Shown here piece by piece: positions 27,654-36,328 of a DNA stretch of 64,000 nucleotides. Source of the stretch: a virus; the IMG/VR virus record IMGVR_UViG_3300025687_000022, one strand, 5' to 3'. A program made the translations under genes and the position numbers. Position 1 is the first letter of the stretch. The number at the start of each line of letters is the position of its first letter. The notes under the pieces are model-generated. The model saw only the letters and a program-made list of their open reading frames with translations. It made no database searches and was not told where the DNA came from.

Positions 27654-28205
27654 TTAACTATTCTGTTCTTTCTTTCTAGAATCATTTGATGGGCGCTTTC
27701 CACCTTTACCGTCCCAGCCGCCTTGCTCAACAAAAGATCTCCAGTATTCATCTGGAGCTTTGGAGCCAGTTTCGTTATTCATTTCTTCGGTTAGCCCACC
27801 AACGCGGAAGCTTAATTGGGCGATTACCCAAGAACGAACGCGAGAAGAGTTTTCAACTCTCATGTCAACTTCGCCTTCTTTGGTTAAGTTAACAGAGTTG
27901 CCTGTGATGCGACGGTATTCTTTTTTAAGCCAACCAACAACTTCCATCATTCTATCTTCAACATCAGATTCAAAACCAGCAGTATAAACTTCTTTTAACT
28001 TAACTTCTGAATGGTAAGAAAGGCACATCATGTCGCCAGCAAAACGAACTTTAAAGCCGTCCATAACGCGACTATCAAGAAGTGGAGAACCTTCTTCTCT
28101 TTGTAATCCTGCTTGGATTGGCTCTCCACTTTCATCAAGCGCACCATCATAAGCGTTGGCTGCTGCCTGAGAAAGACCTTGAATTATTTCATATACTGTT
28201 GCCAT
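27654..28205 (-). CDS. Hypothetical protein upstream of terminase
   Basis: 183-aa ORF tiling the operon. Confidence 0.6.
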   Translation of the reverse strand: MATVYEIIQGLSQAAANAYDGALDESGEPIQAGLQREEGSPLLDSRVMDGFKVRFAGDMMCLSYHSEVKLKEVYTAGFESDVEDRMMEVVGWLKKEYRRITGNSVNLTKEGEVDMRVENSSRVRSWVIAQLSFRVGGLTEEMNNETGSKAPDEYWRSFVEQGGWDGKGGKRPSNDSRKKEQNS

Positions 28206-28217
28206 TAGATTATTTCC

Positions 28218-28592
28218 TTATTTATCTGGTCGCCAGCCTGTTAGCCATCGCTCTTCTCTTCCATCTATATATTGAATGTAACACTTGTAACAAGTTCCAA
28301 ACTTAACAAGACAAACATCGTCCATAGATTTTGATGAAAAACTACTGCAAATACAACAACTGTTTAAAGATTCTCTATTAAGTAGTTTTTTAGATATCTT
28401 TATTCCATTTCTATCTATTTTTTCTTGATTGCTCTCAACATGTTTTATTTTTGAGTAGTATTCTTTTGTTTGTTGAAGAAAGTCTTTTTCGTTTTCTTCG
28501 GTCCAGTCCGCTCGTGGATCTTGTATTGCTTCTTTACCGTATTTATTTTGTATTGCTTTTTCAATTGCTGCTAAACGATTTAAGTTACTCAT
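28218..28592 (-). CDS. Hypothetical Cys-rich (putative Zn-binding) protein
   Basis: CCIC...C...CYKC, ends GREERWLTGWRP; ATGA-coupled start at 28592. Confidence 0.6.
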   Translation of the reverse strand: MSNLNRLAAIEKAIQNKYGKEAIQDPRADWTEENEKDFLQQTKEYYSKIKHVESNQEKIDRNGIKISKKLLNRESLNSCCICSSFSSKSMDDVCLVKFGTCYKCYIQYIDGREERWLTGWRPDK

Positions 28593-29140
28593 TGTCCCCA
28601 CCAAATCTTTTCATTTCTACGATAGTTTTTTGCTTGACTAAATAATTCTTCTTTTATAAAATGATCATCTTTAAACTTGCAATAGTTGTTGGGAATCAAA
28701 GCATACTGCCCGTCAAACAAAGCAATCAAGTTTAGTGGCTTATGCTCTTGTGGGTGTCGATCAAATCCGCCACACCAGTCAACAATGACTCCAGTATGGC
28801 GACCTTTCCATTTTTCTTTATAATATTCTACTTCTAATCCTTCAAGGTAATCAGCATGCCAAGCTTCAATGTGTTCACCCATCGCTGTCCAGGGAATAAG
28901 TTTATTGTGATCTTTTTCTTCCCATTGCTTTGGTCCGTTTGCAAAATCTGAAATAGCTTGAAGCGGTAATCCTGACCAATGTGCTCCTGTTTCCAATAAT
29001 ACATGAGCCATTGGAATTTGTCCGTTGCGTGAATGTATACCGTGCCATAATCCATAAGTGTATCCTGGTGGCATACTTGGACCAAGATATTTATTATTTA
29101 CCCAAATGTAAATATGATATGGAAGATTCGCATGTTTCAT
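28589..29140 (-). CDS. Hypothetical protein
   Basis: 183-aa His/Trp-rich ORF abutting both neighbours. Confidence 0.6.
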   Translation of the reverse strand: MKHANLPYHIYIWVNNKYLGPSMPPGYTYGLWHGIHSRNGQIPMAHVLLETGAHWSGLPLQAISDFANGPKQWEEKDHNKLIPWTAMGEHIEAWHADYLEGLEVEYYKEKWKGRHTGVIVDWCGGFDRHPQEHKPLNLIALFDGQYALIPNNYCKFKDDHFIKEELFSQAKNYRRNEKIWWGQ

Positions 29141-29554
29141 TTATTGTTCTATTAATTTATTGATTCCATAGTAAGTAGCACCGCTAGCCAAAACACCGCC
29201 AGCAAACCAAAGCCATTTATACTGAGGAGATTGTTTTTTAATGACCTTCTTTTGTTCTTCAATTACAAGATCTTTCTGCGCTACAATCTCGGTATATTCT
29301 TGATCAAGCGTTGTAATCCTTGCTTGTAGTAAATCTTTCTCAAGTTGGTACTGAGTACCTGCTTTGTCAAGCTGAAACTCCAACTCAAGATCGCATTCCA
29401 TTTGTATTTGCTCGTATTGAGACAGTACCTCTGCCGATGCTGGAACACTAAGTAAAACGCCCTCAAATGGGGCGGGCTGATCTTCTGCAAGAATTGTAAA
29501 CTCTTCGGCGTTAGCAGTCGAGAGCAAAACAAAAAACATTAAACTATTCAACAT
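29141..29554 (-). CDS. Exported coiled-coil protein with C-terminal membrane anchor (spanin-like candidate)
   Basis: Signal-peptide-like N-terminus (ANA/E), coiled coil, WLWFAGGVLASGATYYGI. Confidence 0.45.
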   Translation of the reverse strand: MLNSLMFFVLLSTANAEEFTILAEDQPAPFEGVLLSVPASAEVLSQYEQIQMECDLELEFQLDKAGTQYQLEKDLLQARITTLDQEYTEIVAQKDLVIEEQKKVIKKQSPQYKWLWFAGGVLASGATYYGINKLIEQ

Positions 29555-29930
29555 ATTCTAATCCGTATGTTTGCTCAAAGCGTTTTATGATTAACTCTTT
29601 GTCTTGCTTGAACTCTTTTATTATAGTTTCTTTTTCTGTTTTTGTGAAATCTTTTATCTCAGCTTGACGTGCTTCGTACTTTAAAACCAACTCCTCTACT
29701 TCAATACGATAACGTTCAAGAGCTTCATCGCGCAGTCGCAACTCTTCAGTATGCAAATCTTGAAGAGTTGTTATTTGATTTTGTAGCGACTGTTCTATAA
29801 CGTCATGAGTTTTAGTTATGTTATGCATATCATACCGCGATTTACCAAACACAACAAGAAGGAGAAGGACAAGTCCAATCTCCTTCCAGTGCTTTAGGCA
29901 GAATGATAATATTTTTTGTTGCACCAGCAA
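29544..29930 (-). CDS. N-terminal TM + coiled-coil protein (i-spanin-like candidate)
   Basis: IGLVLLLLVVFG followed by heptads; overlaps next gene. Confidence 0.45.
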   Translation of the reverse strand: MLVQQKILSFCLKHWKEIGLVLLLLVVFGKSRYDMHNITKTHDVIEQSLQNQITTLQDLHTEELRLRDEALERYRIEVEELVLKYEARQAEIKDFTKTEKETIIKEFKQDKELIIKRFEQTYGLEYVE

Positions 29931-29931
29931 G

Positions 29932-30135
29932 CTACTCTAATCCTTTTAATTTAACAATAGCATCAATTACAGATTGACCACCGAGATAAAGACCGGAGAT
30001 AACAACCCAATCTGCTGATTCTAAACTACCAAAAGCCATAAGTGCAGTGGCAGCGACCCAAACCAACAGTTTACGTGATGTTAGTTTTTCTAATCCCCTG
30101 TCTAATAAAGCTTCTTTTCTTTCTTCACTCATCAT
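29932..30135 (-). CDS. Holin-like small membrane protein
   Basis: 67 aa, LTSRKLL then two hydrophobic segments ending YLGGQSVID. Confidence 0.55.
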   Translation of the reverse strand: MMSEERKEALLDRGLEKLTSRKLLVWVAATALMAFGSLESADWVVISGLYLGGQSVIDAIVKLKGLE

Positions 30136-30358
30136 CTTTCACCTCTTTTATTTCACCCATGTCGCGTAAAACACTTGCAACATAAGCATCTGCTCTTTCC
30201 TTGCTTAAACCTTTAGTTGTTTGAATACACTTTGATTTACCTGCAAATGTTTTATAAAGACCTTTCTCAAAGCAATCTTTCTTTTTTTCTTTTTCTGCCA
30301 TAAGCCTATCAAGCTCTTCTGCGATTATTTGTTTTAAAGTTGATTTATTAATTTTCAT
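30125..30358 (-). CDS. Small protein with MKINKSTLKQIIAEE leader
   Basis: Shared leader followed by a short basic domain with two Cys. Confidence 0.65.
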   Translation of the reverse strand: MKINKSTLKQIIAEELDRLMAEKEKKKDCFEKGLYKTFAGKSKCIQTTKGLSKERADAYVASVLRDMGEIKEVKDDE

Positions 30359-31197
30359 GGTCGGATTCCTTTGGATTCGTTTAAAGCTTCCATAAACTTC
30401 TCGTGTGCTGTACCGCTGCTATTAGATTGAAACAGTCGTCGTAATTCTGGTGGCAGCAACCAGCAAAATTCGAGGTCGAGGGTCGTCAGGTTCGTGCAGC
30501 CCTCCAGCACGTCTACGTTCTCCAGCGACCTGCAATCGCTGAGATAGAGTTTCGTCAGGCTCGTAAGCCCCTCCAACCCGTCTACGTTCTGCAGCGACCG
30601 GCAACTGTAGAGGTAGAGGGTCGTCAGGTTCGTGCATTCCTTTAGCCCGTCTACGTTCTGCAGCGACGAGCACATTTCGAGGTTGAGGGTCGTCAGGTTT
30701 GTAAGACCCTGGAGCCCGTCTACATTCTGCAGCGACTTACACCAGTAAGCGTCGAGGGTCGTCAGGTTCGGTAGGGACTTCAGCACGTCTACGTTCTCCA
30801 GCGACGTGCACCTTTCGAGGTCGAGGGTCGTCAGGTTCGTGAGTCCCTCTAATCCGTTTACGTTCTGCAGCTTCTTGCAAAAGCGGAGGTCTATTTGTTC
30901 TGTAATATTTAGTTCACTTAAGCCAGACAAGAAATCAACGTCTTGTATTTTTGACCTTGCAAACCGATCAATCACTTTTAGCTTTGCTAAGATCTGATCA
31001 TTTTCTGTTGGAGCGTTAGTTTCAATATCGTCTTTGAGCGTAGAATAAAGCACTACTCCTTGTGCAAACTGCCAAGGATCTTCATGATCTAAAAACTCTA
31101 AAATCTTTCTAGCATATTGTTGATCTTCATTTTCTGTTAAAAACTTAACAACTTCTTCTTTGATTACTTGCTTTAACTTAGTTTTGGTTATTTTCAT
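30355..31197 (-). CDS. Leucine-rich repeat protein with MKITKTKLKQVIKEE leader
   Basis: About 6-7 23-aa repeats NLTTLxLxxCxSLxNVDxLxxxT. Confidence 0.9.
   Translation of the reverse strand: MKITKTKLKQVIKEEVVKFLTENEDQQYARKILEFLDHEDPWQFAQGVVLYSTLKDDIETNAPTENDQILAKLKVIDRFARSKIQDVDFLSGLSELNITEQIDLRFCKKLQNVNGLEGLTNLTTLDLERCTSLENVDVLKSLPNLTTLDAYWCKSLQNVDGLQGLTNLTTLNLEMCSSLQNVDGLKECTNLTTLYLYSCRSLQNVDGLEGLTSLTKLYLSDCRSLENVDVLEGCTNLTTLDLEFCWLLPPELRRLFQSNSSGTAHEKFMEALNESKGIRP
30453..30900 (-). repeat. 69-nt tandem repeat array encoding the LRRs
   Basis: Units start at 30837, 30768, 30699, 30630, 30561, 30492; shared AACCTGACGACCCTC and TCGCTGSAGAACGTAGAC. Confidence 0.9.
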
Positions 31198-31420
31198 TTG
31201 GTGTTTTTTCCTCTTCTGGAGCAGGACATTCTTGCGGTAAATGTGATTTTAAATCTTGCTTATAATCTTCAATGTCTGGTTGTTCCCAAATGATCTGTGG
31301 GCAGTATTTTTCATGGTTTTTTTGATCTAACAAAAACTGCTCTAATGCAGAGACAGAATCCATAACTTGTTGCATATTATCTTCGGTGTATGAAGTCAAA
31401 CAAAGTAAAAAATACAACAT
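31178..31420 (-). CDS. Small hypothetical protein with hydrophobic N-terminus and Cys-Pro motifs
   Basis: MLYFLLCLTS..YCPQ..ECPAP. Confidence 0.5.
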   Translation of the reverse strand: MLYFLLCLTSYTEDNMQQVMDSVSALEQFLLDQKNHEKYCPQIIWEQPDIEDYKQDLKSHLPQECPAPEEEKTPNENNQN

Positions 31421-31424
31421 AACA

Positions 31425-31697
31425 TTAGCTACCCGATATTAGATTTTCAATTCGGTTAAGAGCACCTTTCATATACTCAATATCTTTTTCTATTGAGATA
31501 ATTTGTTTGGCGTTATCTTCAGATTCGCGTATTTTGGTTTCCAAAGATTCTATTGTTCTTTCTGCGTCCCCAAGATCGTTATGAAGTTCAGCCACCTTTA
31601 CATTCATCGTCCAAACCCATCCCGCTAACGGAACTACCAAAATAGACATGATTAATGAAAAAACTTTCCATATATCATCTTTTGTAACTGTAGCCAT
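31425..31697 (-). CDS. Single-TM coiled-coil protein
   Basis: VFSLIMSILVVPLAGWVW then heptads; AGGAG SD. Confidence 0.6.
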   Translation of the reverse strand: MATVTKDDIWKVFSLIMSILVVPLAGWVWTMNVKVAELHNDLGDAERTIESLETKIRESEDNAKQIISIEKDIEYMKGALNRIENLISGS

Positions 31698-31708
31698 AAA
31701 AATTGCTC

Positions 31709-34700
31709 CTATTGTTTTATTTTTGCAAAGTCGGCTTCTTTGTCAATAACGATCTGCATATCAACACAATCCTTCAAAGAATCAAGATGCGAGATCAACA
31801 AAACGTTTTTAAAATACACTTTAATTAGTTCTAAAATCCGAATAAACCCATCCATATTTTCAGCATCTAGCGCTGTTCCTGGTTCATCAAGTATAAACAG
31901 ATCTGCTTTAGGCAAAGAAGACACACTAAGTAGCGATAATCTTATTGCTATCGCTGCCATTGTTTTTTCTGCACCAGAAGCCATTTCAATAGGTCTTTCG
32001 TCGTAAGCGGGGTGTTTAATGAAAATATCAAATTTATTTCCAGAACTATCAAAGAAAATTTCAAAGTCCACAATATTTGCTAGAATCTTTGCGATCTCTT
32101 CATTAATAACAGGAATTTTATTTTTAATAATGTCATACGAGATTCCGTTAGTATGCATACAGCGCATAAACAAATCGTAAGCCGTGAACTCACGTTGCAA
32201 GCGCAAATAAGATTCTTTGTCTTTTATAATGTTTTTAAGCGCTTCTTCACAAGAACCAACTTGTTTATAAAGTTGCAAAGTATCTCGCTCGCATCTTGAA
32301 AGCTTGTTTTTTTCATTTGATAAATCTTTTTCAATTTTTGATTTGTCTTGGATTAGTCGCTGAAGATTTTCGATTACTTCTTTGTTTTCTTCATAATAAG
32401 AAATTCGCTTTTCGATTTCTATCAACTCACTTTCAAATCTAGCTACACTTGTTTTGTTGCGCTCTCTTTCTAACTTGGCTGTAGAAATCTCAGCCTGCAA
32501 ACTACGAGTAAGATTTACAATATTTTCGTATTGTTCAATTCGTTTGTTAATTGTACCAAGATCGTAGTTTGCAAATCTTAAGTTTGTTTGTTGTAATTCA
32601 GATTCAACAGAACCAGAAGACGCAACAGCAACGTGAGCATCTTTAATAAATCTACAAGTAGGAAAAGAATTACCACAAGGTATGCTGTTTAATAGTTTTT
32701 TCTTTTTATCGATATCTTGCAAATCACTCATTAAAGAATTTATTTTATCTTTTAATTTATTTGCTTCTTCTTTTTCGACGTGGATCGAGCTAATGTCGAT
32801 CATCGAAACTAAAGCATTTGCTTTGGCTAGCTTTTCTTCTTTAAGTCCAATAGCACTTGACGCTTCTGTAATCTTTTCATTTACGCAAGACAAAAGGTAT
32901 TTTGTTTCATTTTGCTTATTGACAAGTTGGGCAACATCGATAAAATCTGTTGGAGCAGATGCTATTTGATTTTTTAAATTGTTCAACTTTTCGTTAAGAA
33001 CAGAAATTTTAATTTTCAACTCTTCGCACTTTGATTGATTTACCTCAGAGTCTTGCTTTGCCTTAGCTAACCTTTCTTCTGTTTCAGAAATCTCAACATC
33101 AAAATCTCTATCAGAGCATTTGTTAAGAAGAACTTTTGTATCACGCGAATCTTCTTTTGCTAATTTGAACTTTTGATCAAAAAACTCAAGATCCAAAAAC
33201 TTTGCAATAATCTCTTTGCGCTTTGTTGAACCTTCATCGACAAAAGAAAATGCGCCGTGCTGAGAGGCAAGAGAAGACATAGAAAAATCTTCTATGGTGC
33301 CAAAGTGCTTGCGAATATTTGCGTCGGTTTGAGCCCGCGTGGTGCCGTTGAGAGAGGTAGTTTCTCCTGTGGTCTTGTCGTGCTCTTCAAAGTTTAGCTC
33401 AGTCTTTGCTTCTGTTATTTCTTCTTTCTTAACGCGACGAGTGTACTTAACAGATTGTCTGGTAATATAATAAACTTTATCTCCGATCTCAATCTCTAGT
33501 TCTCCGCGCCCATAGTCTCTATTTTGATTAATAACATTTAAATTCTTGCGCTCATTTTTCGAAGTCGTGTTGAAAAGTGTATAAAGCGCTGCGTCAATAA
33601 CAGAACTTTTGCCACTAAAGTTCTTGCCAAAAATTCCGATAATCCCAGAGAGACTGTCAAAATTAATGTTGTTATCTTCTCCATAATTAAAAAGATTGTC
33701 CCATTTAAAGTTGTTGATTTTCCAGTTGACATTTCTTGAAACCTCTTCGTTGTCTTCTACAATTTTATTATACTTACGATTTAGTTCGTAAATAGACTCA
33801 AGAGTATCTTCATCGATCTGATAATCCTTAAGGTACTCTGAAATAAGTTCTTCTTGTACGTTTATGTCGCGTAGGTTCTCGCAATACAAATCTCCAGCAA
33901 TTTCTTCAACGGAACCACGAGAACCAGCAGCACGGTTGAGAAAAGTAACACTTTCAGGCTTGTATTTATGTTTTGCAACATCAAGCGCTTTACGCATAAC
34001 GTCGAGAGGCAAATTATTTTCACTTACCAAACGCAAACGAGCGCCACTTGGGACGCTTGTTTTTCTTGGTATCTTGCCAGTTGGAGTTAGCGTAATAGTA
34101 AAAAATGGCTTTGGATTATTAAAAACAATATGATCAACATTCCAATCATTTTTAGATTTTATGTTCCAAAGCAACAAGCCTTTATCGTTGCTCTCTCCGT
34201 GATTTTGCTGAACGGTAGAGCCAGCATACCAAACTCGTTTTGTTTTATCCAGCGCCTGACAACGATGAATGTCGCCAAGCATAGCAAAATCAAAATCGTT
34301 AAAAATAGATATATCGTCTTCGCCGTTTACCATTTCCCAATCAGCATCGGTTTTACAACCGCTGATAGAGCCATGATAAAGCGCTATGTTGATTTTTGAT
34401 GAATCTGTTGGTTGCGTCCAATTATCTCTATCAAAAACAGAAAGTACATTTAAACATAAATCATTATTTAAATGTACTTCACCGGAGTTTTTAAGCAAAT
34501 GAAGATGAGGAAGATTTAATGCCTCAACGATTGGAGTAATCGCATCTTGGCGGTTACTGTTCTTAAGATTGCCATCGTGGTTACCAAGAATAATATAAGT
34601 TGGCGCAATTAAAGAAAGATTGCGAAAAAAATCAGAGCACATATCAACAAACTCAGGAGAAATTTGAGTTTTAGTATGTGCGATATCTCCACAGTGAACA

Positions 34701-34816
34701 ATATAATCTACTTTATTTTCTCTAAGAGAATCGTAAATTTGTTCAAATATTTCTTTGTATTCTTGATGGTATTTTAAATTTTTAATATGAGTATCAGCAA
34801 TATGAGCGATCTTCAT
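31709..34816 (-). CDS. Fused SbcD(Mre11)-SbcC(Rad50) nuclease-ATPase
   Basis: ADTH, CGDIAH, GNHD, YHG, GDIH; then GKNFSGKS, ASGAEK, FILDEPGTALD, ISH with central coiled coil. Confidence 0.93.
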   Translation of the reverse strand: MKIAHIADTHIKNLKYHQEYKEIFEQIYDSLRENKVDYIVHCGDIAHTKTQISPEFVDMCSDFFRNLSLIAPTYIILGNHDGNLKNSNRQDAITPIVEALNLPHLHLLKNSGEVHLNNDLCLNVLSVFDRDNWTQPTDSSKINIALYHGSISGCKTDADWEMVNGEDDISIFNDFDFAMLGDIHRCQALDKTKRVWYAGSTVQQNHGESNDKGLLLWNIKSKNDWNVDHIVFNNPKPFFTITLTPTGKIPRKTSVPSGARLRLVSENNLPLDVMRKALDVAKHKYKPESVTFLNRAAGSRGSVEEIAGDLYCENLRDINVQEELISEYLKDYQIDEDTLESIYELNRKYNKIVEDNEEVSRNVNWKINNFKWDNLFNYGEDNNINFDSLSGIIGIFGKNFSGKSSVIDAALYTLFNTTSKNERKNLNVINQNRDYGRGELEIEIGDKVYYITRQSVKYTRRVKKEEITEAKTELNFEEHDKTTGETTSLNGTTRAQTDANIRKHFGTIEDFSMSSLASQHGAFSFVDEGSTKRKEIIAKFLDLEFFDQKFKLAKEDSRDTKVLLNKCSDRDFDVEISETEERLAKAKQDSEVNQSKCEELKIKISVLNEKLNNLKNQIASAPTDFIDVAQLVNKQNETKYLLSCVNEKITEASSAIGLKEEKLAKANALVSMIDISSIHVEKEEANKLKDKINSLMSDLQDIDKKKKLLNSIPCGNSFPTCRFIKDAHVAVASSGSVESELQQTNLRFANYDLGTINKRIEQYENIVNLTRSLQAEISTAKLERERNKTSVARFESELIEIEKRISYYEENKEVIENLQRLIQDKSKIEKDLSNEKNKLSRCERDTLQLYKQVGSCEEALKNIIKDKESYLRLQREFTAYDLFMRCMHTNGISYDIIKNKIPVINEEIAKILANIVDFEIFFDSSGNKFDIFIKHPAYDERPIEMASGAEKTMAAIAIRLSLLSVSSLPKADLFILDEPGTALDAENMDGFIRILELIKVYFKNVLLISHLDSLKDCVDMQIVIDKEADFAKIKQ

Positions 34817-35076
34817 TCAGCACCCTGGACATTATCTCCGATAAGCTTCTGGTTTAAATAGTCAGCATTGTTTTCAACCAGCATCTCTACATAAGCATCA
34901 TATGTTTCTTCTTCTATATCCTGTAGAGGGACCGAAATAACATTTGGCTTAACGCTTTCAATACGCGAACGCTCGTATACAATATCAAAAACTAATCCAG
35001 CAGCCGCATGTCCCATGAAAAAAGAGATAACAACAACAGCAAAATAAAACACTCTATCAAAAAGAAGACTTTTCAT
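34813..35076 (-). CDS. Small membrane-anchored hypothetical protein
   Basis: Hydrophobic N-terminal segment; GGAGG SD. Confidence 0.6.
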   Translation of the reverse strand: MKSLLFDRVFYFAVVVISFFMGHAAAGLVFDIVYERSRIESVKPNVISVPLQDIEEETYDAYVEMLVENNADYLNQKLIGDNVQGAE

Positions 35077-35104
35077 CTCTTACCTCCATAAATAATATAA
35101 CTTA

Positions 35105-36328
35105 TTATTGAGGCGATGTCAAGGAGTCTATCTTTTGAATTCCTGCTCCGTAAAGGATTTTATTCAAAATTTTAAGCAGCTGTTCTTCGCTTTCAACACC
35201 ATTAGCTATTAGTGTTGCTTCTGGCTGTCTTTGATAATCGGACACAACTTTATTTATACCATCTTCAACAATTTCTTGATATAAATTGTATGCAACTGAC
35301 CATTCTAGAGCAATTACTTGTGCTTGAAGATCTTCATCGCCCCCAGGAAGGTCAGCATAGCGCATTTCAATATCGCCGCTATTAGATGGCCATTTTCCAG
35401 TATCTCCGAATACAAAATCTCTTAGATCTGAAATATTTTTGACATCATTTTTCAAAATATTTTCAATAACCCACTCCTTATACTGCTCTTTAGTGTCAAA
35501 AGAATTTGGCATAACAAGGTTATCTGGTATTTGATCGTAATCTATATATGCAATGCCGCCTGGAGCTTGTGTAGTGACATGCGCTCTTCTGTAATTTAAC
35601 CGACCAGAGTCAACTAATTGATCAATATGATTCCATAGAACTTCTACAGTTTCATCATTTGTTAAGTCGTCAAAAGCTTCAGCATTTATATTTCCATAGA
35701 AATCGTAGGCTTGGACTTGTGAAAGGTCAGGTGGTCCATCAGAAACTGCAAACGTCATACGCGGCTTCGAATCAGTTGCCATCATTTCTATTGCACTTTC
35801 TGGATCATCGGCAATAACGTTTATGTGATTAAAAATATCAGTACCTTGAGATAATGCTGACGCCAGCAACCCAGCTATAATTGCTTTTGTACCTCTTGTT
35901 TCTCTTCCGATTCTGTCTTTGATTTTTTGTATCGTTGCTCTCGCAAGATTTTCTTTTGACTCACCAGTTTCTTCAGAGTCGATACGATCAGCGAGTTTGG
36001 AAAAAAATCTTTTGACCATGTTAACATCTGGTTGCTCTGATTCGGAAAGTGTATTTAAAAAGTCCACAAGTTCATCTGCAATTTTAGATGATGGATCGGA
36101 TGATGGACCACCTGATGGATCACCCATTCCATGCACTTCAACTACTTGTTCTTTATCTGGAACTTGAAGAACTTTCGGTGGAGAAGCTAATCTTAAAAAT
36201 TCAGCAGTTTCTTTGGGAGATAATGTGTTGATTTCCGAAGAAAAAGAGCCGTTTTGTTCTTTCAAAAAAGCATTCACTTCTTCTTTAATAATTTGTTTTA
36301 ATCTTGTTTTTGTTATTAACATTTTCAT
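35105..36328 (-). CDS. Acidic protein with LITKTRLKQIIKEE leader (putative cargo)
   Basis: Shared leader ending AFLKE. Confidence 0.65.
   Translation of the reverse strand: MKMLITKTRLKQIIKEEVNAFLKEQNGSFSSEINTLSPKETAEFLRLASPPKVLQVPDKEQVVEVHGMGDPSGGPSSDPSSKIADELVDFLNTLSESEQPDVNMVKRFFSKLADRIDSEETGESKENLARATIQKIKDRIGRETRGTKAIIAGLLASALSQGTDIFNHINVIADDPESAIEMMATDSKPRMTFAVSDGPPDLSQVQAYDFYGNINAEAFDDLTNDETVEVLWNHIDQLVDSGRLNYRRAHVTTQAPGGIAYIDYDQIPDNLVMPNSFDTKEQYKEWVIENILKNDVKNISDLRDFVFGDTGKWPSNSGDIEMRYADLPGGDEDLQAQVIALEWSVAYNLYQEIVEDGINKVVSDYQRQPEATLIANGVESEEQLLKILNKILYGAGIQKIDSLTSPQ

Noticed and set aside
27654-28592. Small terminase subunit upstream of the large subunit
   Set aside because: Position fits, but neither ORF shows a motif I can recognise as TerS.
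30453-30900. LRR variation as a diversity-generating retroelement product
   Set aside because: Some positions vary as NAC, NNG or NAG, but GC3 bias explains this, and no reverse transcriptase or template repeat is in the window. A TR elsewhere in the genome cannot be excluded.
35089-35096. ATTATTTA as another promoter-motif copy
   Set aside because: It is a mismatched copy abutting the SD only 13 nt from the ATG, so probably just AT-rich sequence.
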